Assembly (NCBI GenBank): GCA_038843015.1
Contig: JAWBSH010000002.1
Span: 156,310-220,309 of the forward strand
DNA: 64,000 nt
From: Zestosphaera sp.
GTDB lineage: Archaea; Thermoproteota; Thermoprotei_A; Sulfolobales; NBVN01
Direction: 5' to 3'
In this document: positions 1 to 9,870 of the stretch, piece after piece
Numbering within the stretch: the first letter of the stretch is position 1
How the letters are laid out: every line of letters starts with the position of its first letter
Notes under the pieces: generated by a model
Databases searched by the model: none
What the model was told of the DNA's origin: nothing
What the model saw: only the letters and a program-made list of their open reading frames with translations
Program-made: the position numbers and the translations under genes

Positions 1-376
1 CACCCTGAAGAGTAGAACCTATGGAATTCCTAAGGTACTCGTCTCTCACTTCAGCCTCTACGTGCTTATCTTCTATGACTCCAGCATTCCTGTCTATAAA
101 AACTCTTCCCGCAACACCTAAAGTAGTAACTTCTCTGAAAAACACGTCAAGCCTGATTAAAGACCCTGCACTAATATAAAGCTTGCAACTCCCGTTGACG
201 AACGCTGAAGGAATTATCCTCAACTTAAACTCCTTACCACCCCAAAGTACTGTGTGACCCGCGTTAACAGAGCCTACTCTCACAGCCGCACTCACTTCAT
301 CGTTGAGAGCTAGGTAAGCAACTACCTTACCCTTACCCTCATCGCCGAAGAACCCTCCAACAACTACATTTAACAC
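1..376 (-). CDS. purA: adenylosuccinate synthetase, N-terminal part (gene runs off the window start)
   Basis: This gene is absent from the ORF track because it is truncated. Reverse-strand translation from the GTG at 376 gives VLNVVVGGFFGDEGKGKVVAYL...VGSVNAGHTVLWGGKEF. The GDEGKGK P-loop and NAGHT motif are PurA signatures. Confidence 0.75.
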   Translation of the reverse strand, partial: MLNVVVGGFFGDEGKGKVVAYLALNDEVSAAVRVGSVNAGHTVLWGGKEFKLRIIPSAFVNGSCKLYISAGSLIRLDVFFREVTTLGVAGRVFIDRNAGVIEDKHVEAEVRDEYLRNSIGSTLQG

Positions 377-543
377 CTTACTCCCTAAATTAATTTATAT
401 TGAACAATATAAATGTTACTATTTATTTCGCTTAAGTTGTTTAAGCTTTTTTCAATAAATAATATAAAAATTAAGCTAGTACAAAGAAAACAATTCTCGC
501 CGTTAAGTTAAAAACCTATAGCAGATAGAGTCTAGGATAGTCA

Positions 544-2283
544 GTGATGAGCATCGAACGAATAACTAGAAGGTACTACAGACACTTGAGTCTACTGCCT
601 CGGAGGAGGTTCTTAGTAGTCATATATGTTTCCCTGGTCTTCCTAATCGGCATTGTTAATTCAGGGCGCTTCACTGCAGGAGATGTTCTTATCTCTATAG
701 GTACGTACTTCCTCTTAGGAAGTGTGTTGACTTTTATGTACTTACCCCTAATGCTCACTAAATTATTCAACGTTAAGAGAGTTCTTGGACTCTCTCTAGT
801 CACCTTTGCTATCTCCTTAATCGCGGAAATAATTCTTTATAGACTTACTGAGTTGAGAGGGTTAGGTCTAGTAGTCACTTCAGGCTTTATACTCATAATC
901 TTATCTGCTTTCACGAGCGTACGTCAGGCCTTAGCAGTTTCTCTAACAATACCCATCTTGACTCTTGTCTTAGTCAATACTGTACTGCTCGGGCAAGTAT
1001 TAAGTCGTGTACAATTAGTTAGTGCTTTAATGGTTGAGTCAGTCTCTGTACTTTTAGGGATTCTGCTTATTCGATACATTGATAGCAGGGGGAGACAGTT
1101 AAGCGGTGTCTCGCCCATAGTAGCCTTAAGAGCTTTTCTCAACACGTGGTTTACTGGCGAGCCTGAAAGACTCGAGAAACTCTTTGCTCATATAGGGTCT
1201 CAAGAAAGTATAGAAGTCAAAGCCGTAATCATTAAGCGTGAGTCAAAGCCCAGCATAATCATGGTATTCCCGCGAATTCATTTCGGTCCCTTCAACAACA
1301 TAGGTTCCTCTAGCTTCATACACTACGTTGACAGCTTCGCAGAGCCTGAGTTCAGAGTATTCACATTCCATACAGCAGGATCTCACGAGCATAACCTAGC
1401 TAGCAATAAAGATGCAGAGAGAATTGCTCACGAAATACTTACTAAAGTGAGGAGCTCTTTAAGTGACTCGTTTGAGGAACTCATGTGTGAACCTTACAGA
1501 ACTAGATTAAGCGATGGTTGGGAGGCTCTTACTCTTCGAGGTAGAGACTTCATAGCGCCGCTCATACTTAATAAGACATTAGGTAACGATGACATACCTT
1601 ACGATGCGTGGGACTACTTGAGCAAGCACCCTAAAACTCCCTCAAATACTATGATAGTTGACGCACACTCATGCAAGGGCGACAAAATCAGAGAACTCAA
1701 CAGTCTTAAAAACCTTCTAGATAAGGTAGCCGAAACTTATGAGTGTTCAGAACCTAGTGAGTTTCTAGTGGGATACGGAGAAATCAGGATCCCTAATACT
1801 TGCGTAGAGTTGTGTGACACGAGAGTAAAGACTTTAACTATACGAATAAAGAATAAAAGGTACGGGATCATCTACCTCTACGGGAACAACGTAGATAAGG
1901 AATTTCGAGCTAAGCTAGACAACATAATTAGAGAGAAAACAGACCTGTCAGATTTTGAGATAGTAACGCCAGATGACCACTCGTGTGCTGCTTCATTAAA
2001 AGAGTCTCCGTACGAGGTAGTTAAAGAGTGTGGCGGGCTTATTGAAGCAGTATTAAACTCGCTTAATAAGGCTTCAGAAGATGAAGCGCCAGCTTCTTAC
2101 AAGGTAGTGAGTCTCAAATTAGATAATGTGAGAGTAATGGGAGATAAGGTCTTCACGTTGATCGAGAGTCTTCACGTACTTGCTAAGAAGACAGAGATAG
2201 GGTTGCTTCTAATCTTCACGGTTCTCAACACTTTACTGCCATCAATATACGTAATTATAACGTCGTATATGACACTCTTTTAA
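544..2283 (+). CDS. multi-pass membrane protein with a large soluble domain and a C-terminal TM segment; function unknown (resembles archaeal DUF2070-type proteins from memory, unverified)
   Basis: The 579-aa ORF has about 5-6 hydrophobic helices in its first 190 aa, then a roughly 330-aa hydrophilic domain and a hydrophobic tail. An AT-rich promoter region lies upstream. Confidence 0.45.
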   Translation: MMSIERITRRYYRHLSLLPRRRFLVVIYVSLVFLIGIVNSGRFTAGDVLISIGTYFLLGSVLTFMYLPLMLTKLFNVKRVLGLSLVTFAISLIAEIILYRLTELRGLGLVVTSGFILIILSAFTSVRQALAVSLTIPILTLVLVNTVLLGQVLSRVQLVSALMVESVSVLLGILLIRYIDSRGRQLSGVSPIVALRAFLNTWFTGEPERLEKLFAHIGSQESIEVKAVIIKRESKPSIIMVFPRIHFGPFNNIGSSSFIHYVDSFAEPEFRVFTFHTAGSHEHNLASNKDAERIAHEILTKVRSSLSDSFEELMCEPYRTRLSDGWEALTLRGRDFIAPLILNKTLGNDDIPYDAWDYLSKHPKTPSNTMIVDAHSCKGDKIRELNSLKNLLDKVAETYECSEPSEFLVGYGEIRIPNTCVELCDTRVKTLTIRIKNKRYGIIYLYGNNVDKEFRAKLDNIIREKTDLSDFEIVTPDDHSCAASLKESPYEVVKECGGLIEAVLNSLNKASEDEAPASYKVVSLKLDNVRVMGDKVFTLIESLHVLAKKTEIGLLLIFTVLNTLLPSIYVIITSYMTLF

Positions 2284-2326
2284 TTCTCTTAGAGTTAAGA
2301 AAACTTAGCTCTTATGAAATTAAAGA

Positions 2327-3091
2327 TCATGCTTCTAGAGCTATTACTTCTCTTCTCTTAACTATCTTGTCTGGATATATTATTATGCCCTTATCTGTTA
2401 TTTCGAAAGGATGTCTCCTCATGTCATGTTTAGTTCCTCGCATCTTCCATATTAGTATTGACCTAGTTAAGACGCCGTCTAGCTCGTCTAGGTCTAGTCT
2501 TATTATTCCGTCAACGGCGTGCTCAACTCCCGGACCTCCGAACCCCCTCTCAGTGACACTTACTTGAGATACTAGAAATGTCGTCACGCCAAGTCCTGAG
2601 AGAACTCTCTTTAGTTGCATCAAAACACTCCTAGCTATAGAAGGCTTAGTTAAGTATAGTGTTGAGACAGAGTCTATCACGGCTCTCTGAGCCTTTGTAT
2701 CTTTCAACGCTTGCTTAACTACGTCTAGAAATTCTCCGATATCGTCAACACTCTTAACTACGTACTTCTCCCTCTTAGCAGCCTCACCTATCCCGCCCGT
2801 GAAGGCGTCTACTATGGCGAAAAAACCATCGTCTTCGTACTTCCTTATATCCCAACCAAACTCACTCATTTCTCTCCTAATCTGGATAGGGTGCTCCTCT
2901 AAAGTAACTAAGACACCAGGCTCGCCGTAAGTCAGTCCAAAATATAGGAATTGCTGACTCAGAATAGTTTTCCCAGTTCCTGGACCTCCTGAAATTAAGA
3001 CTATACTTCTCTTCGGGACTCCGCCAAAGAGTAGCTCATCTAGACCTGGAATACCGCTCCTCACTCTCTCGACCATGAGCACAACCCCCAA
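2327..3091 (-). CDS. KaiC/RadA-like RecA-superfamily ATPase (single domain)
   Basis: The N-terminus reads [30 protein letters not shown] (Walker A). A Walker B-like RAVIDSVS segment is also present. The true start is probably the internal Met at MVERV (about 3076). Confidence 0.75.
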   Translation of the reverse strand: MGVVLMVERVRSGIPGLDELLFGGVPKRSIVLISGGPGTGKTILSQQFLYFGLTYGEPGVLVTLEEHPIQIRREMSEFGWDIRKYEDDGFFAIVDAFTGGIGEAAKREKYVVKSVDDIGEFLDVVKQALKDTKAQRAVIDSVSTLYLTKPSIARSVLMQLKRVLSGLGVTTFLVSQVSVTERGFGGPGVEHAVDGIIRLDLDELDGVLTRSILIWKMRGTKHDMRRHPFEITDKGIIIYPDKIVKRREVIALEA

Positions 3092-3166
3092 TATTAAATA
3101 TAACGTAACAAATTAAGGTCTAAAGCAGTTATACTATTCAGTAGTTCAGTAAGGACTCAATGATAA

Positions 3167-4546
3167 TTATCTTATTATAGGCTTTGTCCAATTCCCGAAC
3201 TTTATCCAAGCAACACTTCCCAGACCTCCTACCACGTTGCTTAAGGCCATGGCAAGCCATATCCCGTAAGACTGTAAACCAGATATGTAGGCTAGGAAGT
3301 AACCTAAACCTATCCTAATCCCCCATAACCTAATCACGCCTAGCACTGTAGGCACGGTAGTGTGTCCTGATCCCCTACCTACAGACATGCCCACGAAAAA
3401 CATAGTAAAGAATGGTAAACTGAAGACAAAAGTCTCAAGAAATCTTAAAGCCTCTTCAAAGATCGCTGTGTCAGACGTGAATACAGAGATTAGCTGACTC
3501 CTTATTAAGAATACTGCTAAAGCACCAAGAGCCGTGAGTGAGGCTATAGTCAGTGATGACTTGTAAGCTATCTCACGAGACCTACTCATGTTACCAGCGC
3601 CTAGATTCTGCCCCACCATTATAGCTACTGGCATAGTCAAGCCCCACATAATGGCGTCAGCGAGATCCATTATTATGAACCCTATAGCGAAAGCTGCTGA
3701 CACTACCACCCCAAACGAATTTATGAGTGCGTTCTGAAACATGAAAGCTAAGCTATTAGAAGCGTGAAACAGGAATACGGGACCCCCTATACGAATATTC
3801 CTTAAAATCCACAATCTATCAATACTCTTCGTAGGAAGTATTCTCAAGTCAGGAAACTTACGTTTAGTTAAGTAAATCAACACAACAATACCGCCAAGTC
3901 TAGAAAGTACTGTGGCGAGAGCTGCACCAGCCGCACCCATCCTAGGGAAAGGAGGTATGCCGAGTATCAGGAAAGGATCCCAAACAATGTTTAGCAGAGC
4001 TGAGAAGCCTCCCACTATTGCTGGAGTTCTAGTGTCTCCCACAGACTGAAGTATCGTAGAGTAAGTTATTGAGAGTCCGGAAAGCATTAAATCAAGTGAT
4101 ATTATACCTGAATAACTCATTACATCATCAAATATCTCTGGCGGGACTCTAATCACGTAGTAGAACAAAGGATATCTCAGTGAGAAGTATGTTAAGCCGA
4201 AAGCTAAACTAGTTATCAAAGTTACAGTGAAAAACTTAGAAGCAACATTACTAGCTTCCTCATACTTTCTAGCACCAACATATTGAGAGAGGAGCGCCAT
4301 GTTAGCGGTTGAGATAGCCATGTTGAAAGCATTGAAGAACATGAAGGGGGGCCATGCCTGCCTAGGTACTGCCATAGCTACATCACTATACCTGCTCAAC
4401 CAGAACGCGTCAGCTACGTTATAAGACACATTCACTAACTGAACCAGCATGAGTGGGAATCCCAACCATAATAAAGTCTTAATTATAGGTCCGTTGACTA
4501 TCTCACTCCTATATCTATCTATGGTCGTTGCTGAAGAGCGAACCAC
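3167..4546 (-). CDS. MATE-family multidrug/oligosaccharide efflux transporter
   Basis: The 459-aa protein has about 12 predicted TM helices and the typical MATE N-terminus (PIIKTLLWLGFPLMLVQLVNVSYNVADAFWLS). Confidence 0.75.
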   Translation of the reverse strand: MVRSSATTIDRYRSEIVNGPIIKTLLWLGFPLMLVQLVNVSYNVADAFWLSRYSDVAMAVPRQAWPPFMFFNAFNMAISTANMALLSQYVGARKYEEASNVASKFFTVTLITSLAFGLTYFSLRYPLFYYVIRVPPEIFDDVMSYSGIISLDLMLSGLSITYSTILQSVGDTRTPAIVGGFSALLNIVWDPFLILGIPPFPRMGAAGAALATVLSRLGGIVVLIYLTKRKFPDLRILPTKSIDRLWILRNIRIGGPVFLFHASNSLAFMFQNALINSFGVVVSAAFAIGFIIMDLADAIMWGLTMPVAIMVGQNLGAGNMSRSREIAYKSSLTIASLTALGALAVFLIRSQLISVFTSDTAIFEEALRFLETFVFSLPFFTMFFVGMSVGRGSGHTTVPTVLGVIRLWGIRIGLGYFLAYISGLQSYGIWLAMALSNVVGGLGSVAWIKFGNWTKPIIR

Positions 4547-4715
4547 TCACGACACCCGCTGTTCGCGACCACTATATTCCTTAGAAATATAGTTATAAGC
4601 TTATAAGCAGAGCTACCGAGGACTCTACTATTACTGGCTAGTCTTTCAGGACGGGAAAAGGAGTCACTCATAAATACTTAAGTGTCGAAATTATTAATGT
4701 AGAGAGGGTGCTAGC

Positions 4716-5144
4716 ATGGTTAAGAGAAGGAGGACACAGGTACTTAGACACTTGATTCTAGCAGTCCTAGCTACTAACCCGCAGCTTCACGGCTACGGAA
4801 TCTACAAGAGAATAGTGTATGTCACGCAATCTGTGTGGAGACCTTCAATCGGGACTCTCTACAGAACATTAAATGATATGGTTAATGAGGGTCTTATTAC
4901 AAAGAACAGCAGTGATTCTAGGAGGTTACAGTACGAGATAACTAGCACTGGTCTTGAGATTTTCCTTAAAGAAACACTACCTCATGCAACGAAATCTGCA
5001 GGGATACTTACAGAGTTCCTAGAAGCCTATAAAGAGATACGTAAGAGGGGAAATCTCTCAGGATTGCCTGACGAGCTAGTAGAGAGGTTGCTTCGCTTAC
5101 GTAAAGCATTAGAAGAATTAATAAGCAGTTATGTAGCTAGTTAA
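4716..5144 (+). CDS. PadR-family winged-helix transcriptional regulator
   Basis: The sequence LAVLATNPQLHGYGIYKRI...GTLYRTLNDMVNEGLI matches the PadR wHTH pattern. The gene is divergent from the MATE exporter. Confidence 0.7.
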   Translation: MVKRRRTQVLRHLILAVLATNPQLHGYGIYKRIVYVTQSVWRPSIGTLYRTLNDMVNEGLITKNSSDSRRLQYEITSTGLEIFLKETLPHATKSAGILTEFLEAYKEIRKRGNLSGLPDELVERLLRLRKALEELISSYVAS

Positions 5145-5160
5145 TACAATAAAACTAGAG

Positions 5161-6132
5161 TTAGAGTTCTATCTCAATACCTAGTCCCCTACTCTTAGCT
5201 AGTCTGTAAGCTAACGCTGCAGTAGCCGCGTCTTGTATAGCGAGACCCACACTCTTAAACAGCGTTAATTCATCACCCTCTCTACCTTTCCTGAGCCCGG
5301 CAGAAACCTCCCCTAACTCAGCTACGTCTTCCTGCTTAATTAAGCCTTTCTCAAGCGGTATTCTTATGTCGCCTGTCTCGTCAAGCACAGCTCTTCTAGA
5401 ATCAACCACCACCTTGCTAAACTTAATCATTGCTTCATCATCTAAAGCTCTATAATCTTTAGCGTGAGCACCTATACTTATTATGTGCTGGTCCTTACTT
5501 AACCATCTGCCCAGAATCACGGGCTCTTTAGTAGTTGAAGCTTCTATAACTATCTTGGATTTCTTAACCAGATCTTCATTTGATGTAGCTTCAACGACTC
5601 TGAAACCAGCGTTCTCTGCCCAAGTTTTAAAAGACTTCATTTGATCAGGTCTTATGTCGTATATCACGACCTCATCAGTCCTATATACTGAAGATACAAA
5701 TCTCAACTGATACCTAGCTTGATAGCCAGTCCCTATAATGCCTATAGGACCAGCCTCTCTAGGAGCTAAGTACTTAGCTGATACAGCGCTGGCAGCCCCT
5801 GTCCTCAGGGCTGTTAAGACACCGCCCTCCATGACCGCAAGAGGAGAGCCGTTTAATCCATCAAATAAAGTTACTAAAGCTTGAATGGTTGGAAGACCCC
5901 TACTAGGGTTCTGAGGTATTAGGTTGACTACCTTCACACCAACCCCATAACCAGGCACGTAAGACTGCATAACACCCCACCAGTTACCCTCGACCCACAT
6001 AACAGTCCTAGGCGGTGTTACAGTTTCGTTTCTAGAGTACTTGATGAACGCATTCTCGATCTCAGGTATTAAGACCTCAGGACTCAATAACTCTTCTAAT
6101 TCTTTACTTCTTAAGAGGAGAATCTTAGACAT
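5161..6132 (-). CDS. ornithine cyclodeaminase / mu-crystallin family NAD(P) enzyme (archaeal alanine dehydrogenase-like)
   Basis: The 323-aa protein has the LTALRTGAASAVSAKYLA motif and a Rossmann segment IGIIGTGYQARYQL, both typical of the OCD/mu-crystallin family. Confidence 0.75.
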   Translation of the reverse strand: MSKILLLRSKELEELLSPEVLIPEIENAFIKYSRNETVTPPRTVMWVEGNWWGVMQSYVPGYGVGVKVVNLIPQNPSRGLPTIQALVTLFDGLNGSPLAVMEGGVLTALRTGAASAVSAKYLAPREAGPIGIIGTGYQARYQLRFVSSVYRTDEVVIYDIRPDQMKSFKTWAENAGFRVVEATSNEDLVKKSKIVIEASTTKEPVILGRWLSKDQHIISIGAHAKDYRALDDEAMIKFSKVVVDSRRAVLDETGDIRIPLEKGLIKQEDVAELGEVSAGLRKGREGDELTLFKSVGLAIQDAATAALAYRLAKSRGLGIEIEL

Positions 6133-6217
6133 TTATTAAGTCCCTCCAGTTAACATTACTTTAAAAATTATTTAAACATCTCCTGAGTACTACCTACTAG
6201 AACTCTATCAGTTAATA

Positions 6218-7270
6218 CTAGTAGTACATTATATTCAGTATTTTTCTAGGTGTAGTAGGGTAAGCCTCAACTACTCTGATTTGCTGATGTGTTGAGATTA
6301 CGTTTTTTAACTTCTTGAAGAGTTTCGTGCTTAAATATATCACTCCACCCTTCTTTAACGCGAGACTAGATAACACTAAGTAATTGATTAACTGATTGTC
6401 TTCGTAGGGTGCTTCAATCCATCTAACTGTGCCTTCCCTACTTATGATTTCATAAGGTAGTCTTGTTCTCTTGAATCTTTTTATGAGTCTCCTCCTATAC
6501 TGATACTTATCTTTGAATCTTGCCGGGCAATAATGAATGTTTAGTGTAATGCCCTCTTCTAACACCCAATTCATGACTTGTAAAGCTGCTTCTCTGGAAC
6601 CACTGACTGTAAGTCCGTCAGGGTTTATTTTAAACCCCTTACTTAAGATTCCAGCATAGTTAGACTCACTAACTTCCATCTCGTTTAGGTTTATGAACTG
6701 AACGCCGAGCCTATATCCTTCTCTGACGAGGTCTCTCAATTTACTGAAGTCTGGTATTGCTGGGTTCTCTATGCCTGTATTAAAACTATGATCTAGTGCG
6801 AGCTTTAAAGCACTCCATGAGTAAGGTCCTGTCACGTGTATTCTCAGTTCATCAAGTCCTGCATCACTTAACCTATCTAGGTGTTCTGCTTTAAGGTTCC
6901 TCCCGGTAGTGTACATGTGTATGTGGAAGCTCTTTCCTAGTACTTTCTTTAAAGTTCTTATTACTTCGATTACATAATCTATAGCGAGAAGAGGGTCTCC
7001 CCCAGTTATCCCAACACCTCTAGACCCAGAAGCCAAGACTTCTAAAACAATATCGTTTTTCCCACTTACGAGAACTTCATTAAGATACGCGTTAGTTTTT
7101 CCTCTCCTAGAGTTTGATATAGGGCAGTAGAAACACTTTTCATTACATGCTCCAGTCACGAAAAAAACACTCTTTAAACCCTTAATACATAAGTTGCATC
7201 CTTCCGGAAGCTTACCTATCCAGCAACCTAAGTCGTCACATCTGCTCGTGTCTAGCGCGTGACCCATCAA
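6218..7270 (-). CDS. radical SAM protein (pyruvate formate-lyase-activase-related, COG2108-like)
   Basis: A CX3CX2C cluster motif is present (GACNEKCFYCP), followed by GGDPLL. The N-terminus is Cys-rich. The gene lies 24 nt downstream of the ValRS-like gene on the same strand. Confidence 0.75.
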   Translation of the reverse strand: MMGHALDTSRCDDLGCWIGKLPEGCNLCIKGLKSVFFVTGACNEKCFYCPISNSRRGKTNAYLNEVLVSGKNDIVLEVLASGSRGVGITGGDPLLAIDYVIEVIRTLKKVLGKSFHIHMYTTGRNLKAEHLDRLSDAGLDELRIHVTGPYSWSALKLALDHSFNTGIENPAIPDFSKLRDLVREGYRLGVQFINLNEMEVSESNYAGILSKGFKINPDGLTVSGSREAALQVMNWVLEEGITLNIHYCPARFKDKYQYRRRLIKRFKRTRLPYEIISREGTVRWIEAPYEDNQLINYLVLSSLALKKGGVIYLSTKLFKKLKNVISTHQQIRVVEAYPTTPRKILNIMYY

Positions 7271-7294
7271 CTAGACCCTATGAAAGTAGGGTTC

Positions 7295-9733
7295 CTAGAC
7301 TACTAGGAAGATACCCTCAGCTAGCTTCACGGCATTACTTATATTGGCGGGAGCGCCTACAACTACCGATTTAATTTTATGCAAGTCTTTGATGTCGTAT
7401 GCTATCGCCTTATACTCCTCTGATAGGTAAAGTGTGCCCTCTAATGGTTCAGCGAACGATATGTTCCGCTCTTTCTTATACTTCCATATAGCTGAGTTAG
7501 CTGTTATTAGATACTCTACTAGCTTCTCATCACCACCTACGTCTCTCAAGTCTTCCTCAGTTATCGTAACATTTCTTAACCCACTACTAGAGTACATACA
7601 CCTCCATAAATAATCTGTAACGAAAGGCATTATCGGGTGCAGGGCCTTCAATATCAGTTTGAAGACTCTGTGTAGGACGTACCTAGCCCCATTCACGTAC
7701 TTAATGTCATAATCTCCTAAGCCATAAGCCCTCGACTTAACACTCTCGAGATAGTTCGACGCGAAAACATCCCACGCTAGAGCGTACAGCTCATTTATCG
7801 GTCTAAAAACATCAAATTCCTCATAATACTTAAGTACTCTCTTAATCACTGCTATAGAGTACTTAAGCATAGCTCTATCCAGGTCCTTTAAAACAGAATC
7901 CCTTAAAGGAGGTTCTTCGAAGAATGAAATAAACCTTCCTATATTAACTAGCTTAGTTGCGAAAGCTAGTCCACTCCTAACCACGTCTTCTGACCATCTA
8001 TAATCGCTTCCAAGCATTCCAGAAATTGCTGCCCAATACCTGAACGCATCAGCACCGTACTTCTCGACGTACGGTAGTGGCGGGACAATATTGCCGAGAG
8101 ACTTGTGCATGGCCCTACCCTTAGGGTCTAAACCCATGCCAGAGATCCTGACCCACCTAAAAGGAGGCTTACCAGTGAGTAACCAGACACGCAGTGTGGA
8201 GTAGTAGAGCCAGGTTCTTATTATATCGTATCCTTGAGGTCTGAGCGCGTGATCTAGTGCTTTAAGGGCTGCTTCCTTATCCTCAAGCCACCTAGTTACA
8301 TATAAGACACTAACAGATGAATCAAACCACGTGTCGAAAGTTCTAGACTCACCCACTAGTTCTTCTCGTGGAGCACCACAATTAGGGCATCTCTCGTAAG
8401 GTGGTGGATCTATCCATGGCCTTACATACTCCCCGTACCTGCCGAAGACTACGTGTCCGCATTTCCTGCACCTCCAAATAGGTATTTCAGTCCCGTAGAA
8501 TCTAGTTCTAGAAATAGGCCAATCCATCTTTAGTGAAGTCACCCAAGTATCAAACTTCACTTTATGCTCAGAAGGCTTGAAATCCATCATGTTGCCTACT
8601 CTGAGCACGTCTTCTTTAAAATCTAGTTGCTTCAAGAAAAACTCTCTAACGTGGATATACTCTACCGGCGTCTTACATCTCCAGCAGACAGGAACCTCGT
8701 GTTTCAAGTCTTCTTCTTTAATTAAGAAATTATTCTTACGTAACTCTTCTACTATAACCTTCCTAGCTTCTCTAACGTTTAACCCCTTAAGAAATCCTGC
8801 GTTCTCGTTCATAGTACCGTCTGAGTTGATGAGTATCTTAGGAGTAAGTCCTTGCTCCTTAAAAAACCAGATATCTCTAGTGTCTCCGTAAGAACACATC
8901 ATAGCTAGGCCTGTCCCGAATTCCGGATTAGCGTACGTACTAGGCATTATAGGTACTACATTATTATATAAGGGCACGACCGCGTGCTTCCCCTCAAGAT
9001 ACTTATACCTGGCATCGCTGGGATGGAAAATAACAGCGCCGCATCCATTAAGTAGCTCAGGTCGAGTAGTAGCTATCACTACATCCTCGTTAGTTTCTGC
9101 GACTACAAACCTGATATAGTATAGCTTACCGTCCTCTTCTTTCGTCTCTATTTCTGCCTCAGCAAGTGACGTCCTACATCTGGGACACCACATCACTGGT
9201 CTCTCAGCCTCGTATATGAGACCCTTATTCCATAAGTCAATGAACGTGGCTTGAGTTAGTCTCCTATACTTGGGTGAGTCTGTTCCGTCAGTCCAATACT
9301 GGTATGAGCACCCTAATCTCTTCCACACTTTAACTAAGGAGGCCTCATACTCGTCCAAGACCTCACTAACTAGTTTAAGAAACTTGAGTCTGCCCTCAGG
9401 AGTATTAGCTATCTCATGTGCTGAAATCCCGTACCGTTTTTCTACTGTTACCTCACCAGGCAAGCCATTCCTGTCTGCGTAAAAAGGTAGCATAACTTTA
9501 TACCCGAGTAGTCTCAACGCGCGAGCTACCATATCTATCTGAACATAATGAGCTGCCTGACCAACCCCCCATTCTCCAGAAGGATAAGGCGGCGGCGTAT
9601 CTATAACAACGTACTTATCTTCATTTAGAAAATCAATCACAGTCTCTTCAAATTCTTTCTCCCACTTCTCGAGTAACTCCTCCTCGATAGAGGGACTCCA
9701 CCTCTTAACTTTTACTTTCGGCTCTAGCGCCAC
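7295..9733 (-). CDS. valS: valyl-tRNA synthetase-like class Ia aminoacyl-tRNA synthetase (HIGH signature not recognisable)
   Basis: The 812-aa protein starts at a GTG. It has the DTPPPYPSG entry to the Rossmann fold, the TTRPELL editing-domain motif, a CPRCRTSL/CWRCKTPV/CRKCGH/CPNCG zinc-knuckle pattern and a KMSKS-like GRAMHKSLGN. It also has a class Ia anticodon-binding tail (DRAML...NYLESVKSR). Confidence 0.7.
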   Translation of the reverse strand: MALEPKVKVKRWSPSIEEELLEKWEKEFEETVIDFLNEDKYVVIDTPPPYPSGEWGVGQAAHYVQIDMVARALRLLGYKVMLPFYADRNGLPGEVTVEKRYGISAHEIANTPEGRLKFLKLVSEVLDEYEASLVKVWKRLGCSYQYWTDGTDSPKYRRLTQATFIDLWNKGLIYEAERPVMWCPRCRTSLAEAEIETKEEDGKLYYIRFVVAETNEDVVIATTRPELLNGCGAVIFHPSDARYKYLEGKHAVVPLYNNVVPIMPSTYANPEFGTGLAMMCSYGDTRDIWFFKEQGLTPKILINSDGTMNENAGFLKGLNVREARKVIVEELRKNNFLIKEEDLKHEVPVCWRCKTPVEYIHVREFFLKQLDFKEDVLRVGNMMDFKPSEHKVKFDTWVTSLKMDWPISRTRFYGTEIPIWRCRKCGHVVFGRYGEYVRPWIDPPPYERCPNCGAPREELVGESRTFDTWFDSSVSVLYVTRWLEDKEAALKALDHALRPQGYDIIRTWLYYSTLRVWLLTGKPPFRWVRISGMGLDPKGRAMHKSLGNIVPPLPYVEKYGADAFRYWAAISGMLGSDYRWSEDVVRSGLAFATKLVNIGRFISFFEEPPLRDSVLKDLDRAMLKYSIAVIKRVLKYYEEFDVFRPINELYALAWDVFASNYLESVKSRAYGLGDYDIKYVNGARYVLHRVFKLILKALHPIMPFVTDYLWRCMYSSSGLRNVTITEEDLRDVGGDEKLVEYLITANSAIWKYKKERNISFAEPLEGTLYLSEEYKAIAYDIKDLHKIKSVVVGAPANISNAVKLAEGIFLVV

Positions 9734-9834
9734 GCAATCACCTATACCATTAATAAGCTAAATTTTATTAATTTTAACTATTTAGTGATTGTTCCCTCTA
9801 GTTGGGGTAACCTGCTGAAGTGACGCGTGAAAGC

Positions 9835-9842
9835 TTTATTTA
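9835..9842 (+). promoter_or_regulatory. TATA box (TTTATTTA) for the inositol-phosphate synthase gene
   Basis: The box lies about 29 nt upstream of the ATG at 9871. This spacing is consistent with a leaderless or near-leaderless archaeal mRNA. Confidence 0.4.
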
Positions 9843-9870
9843 TGTCGATACAATATTTATTGGGATAAAT

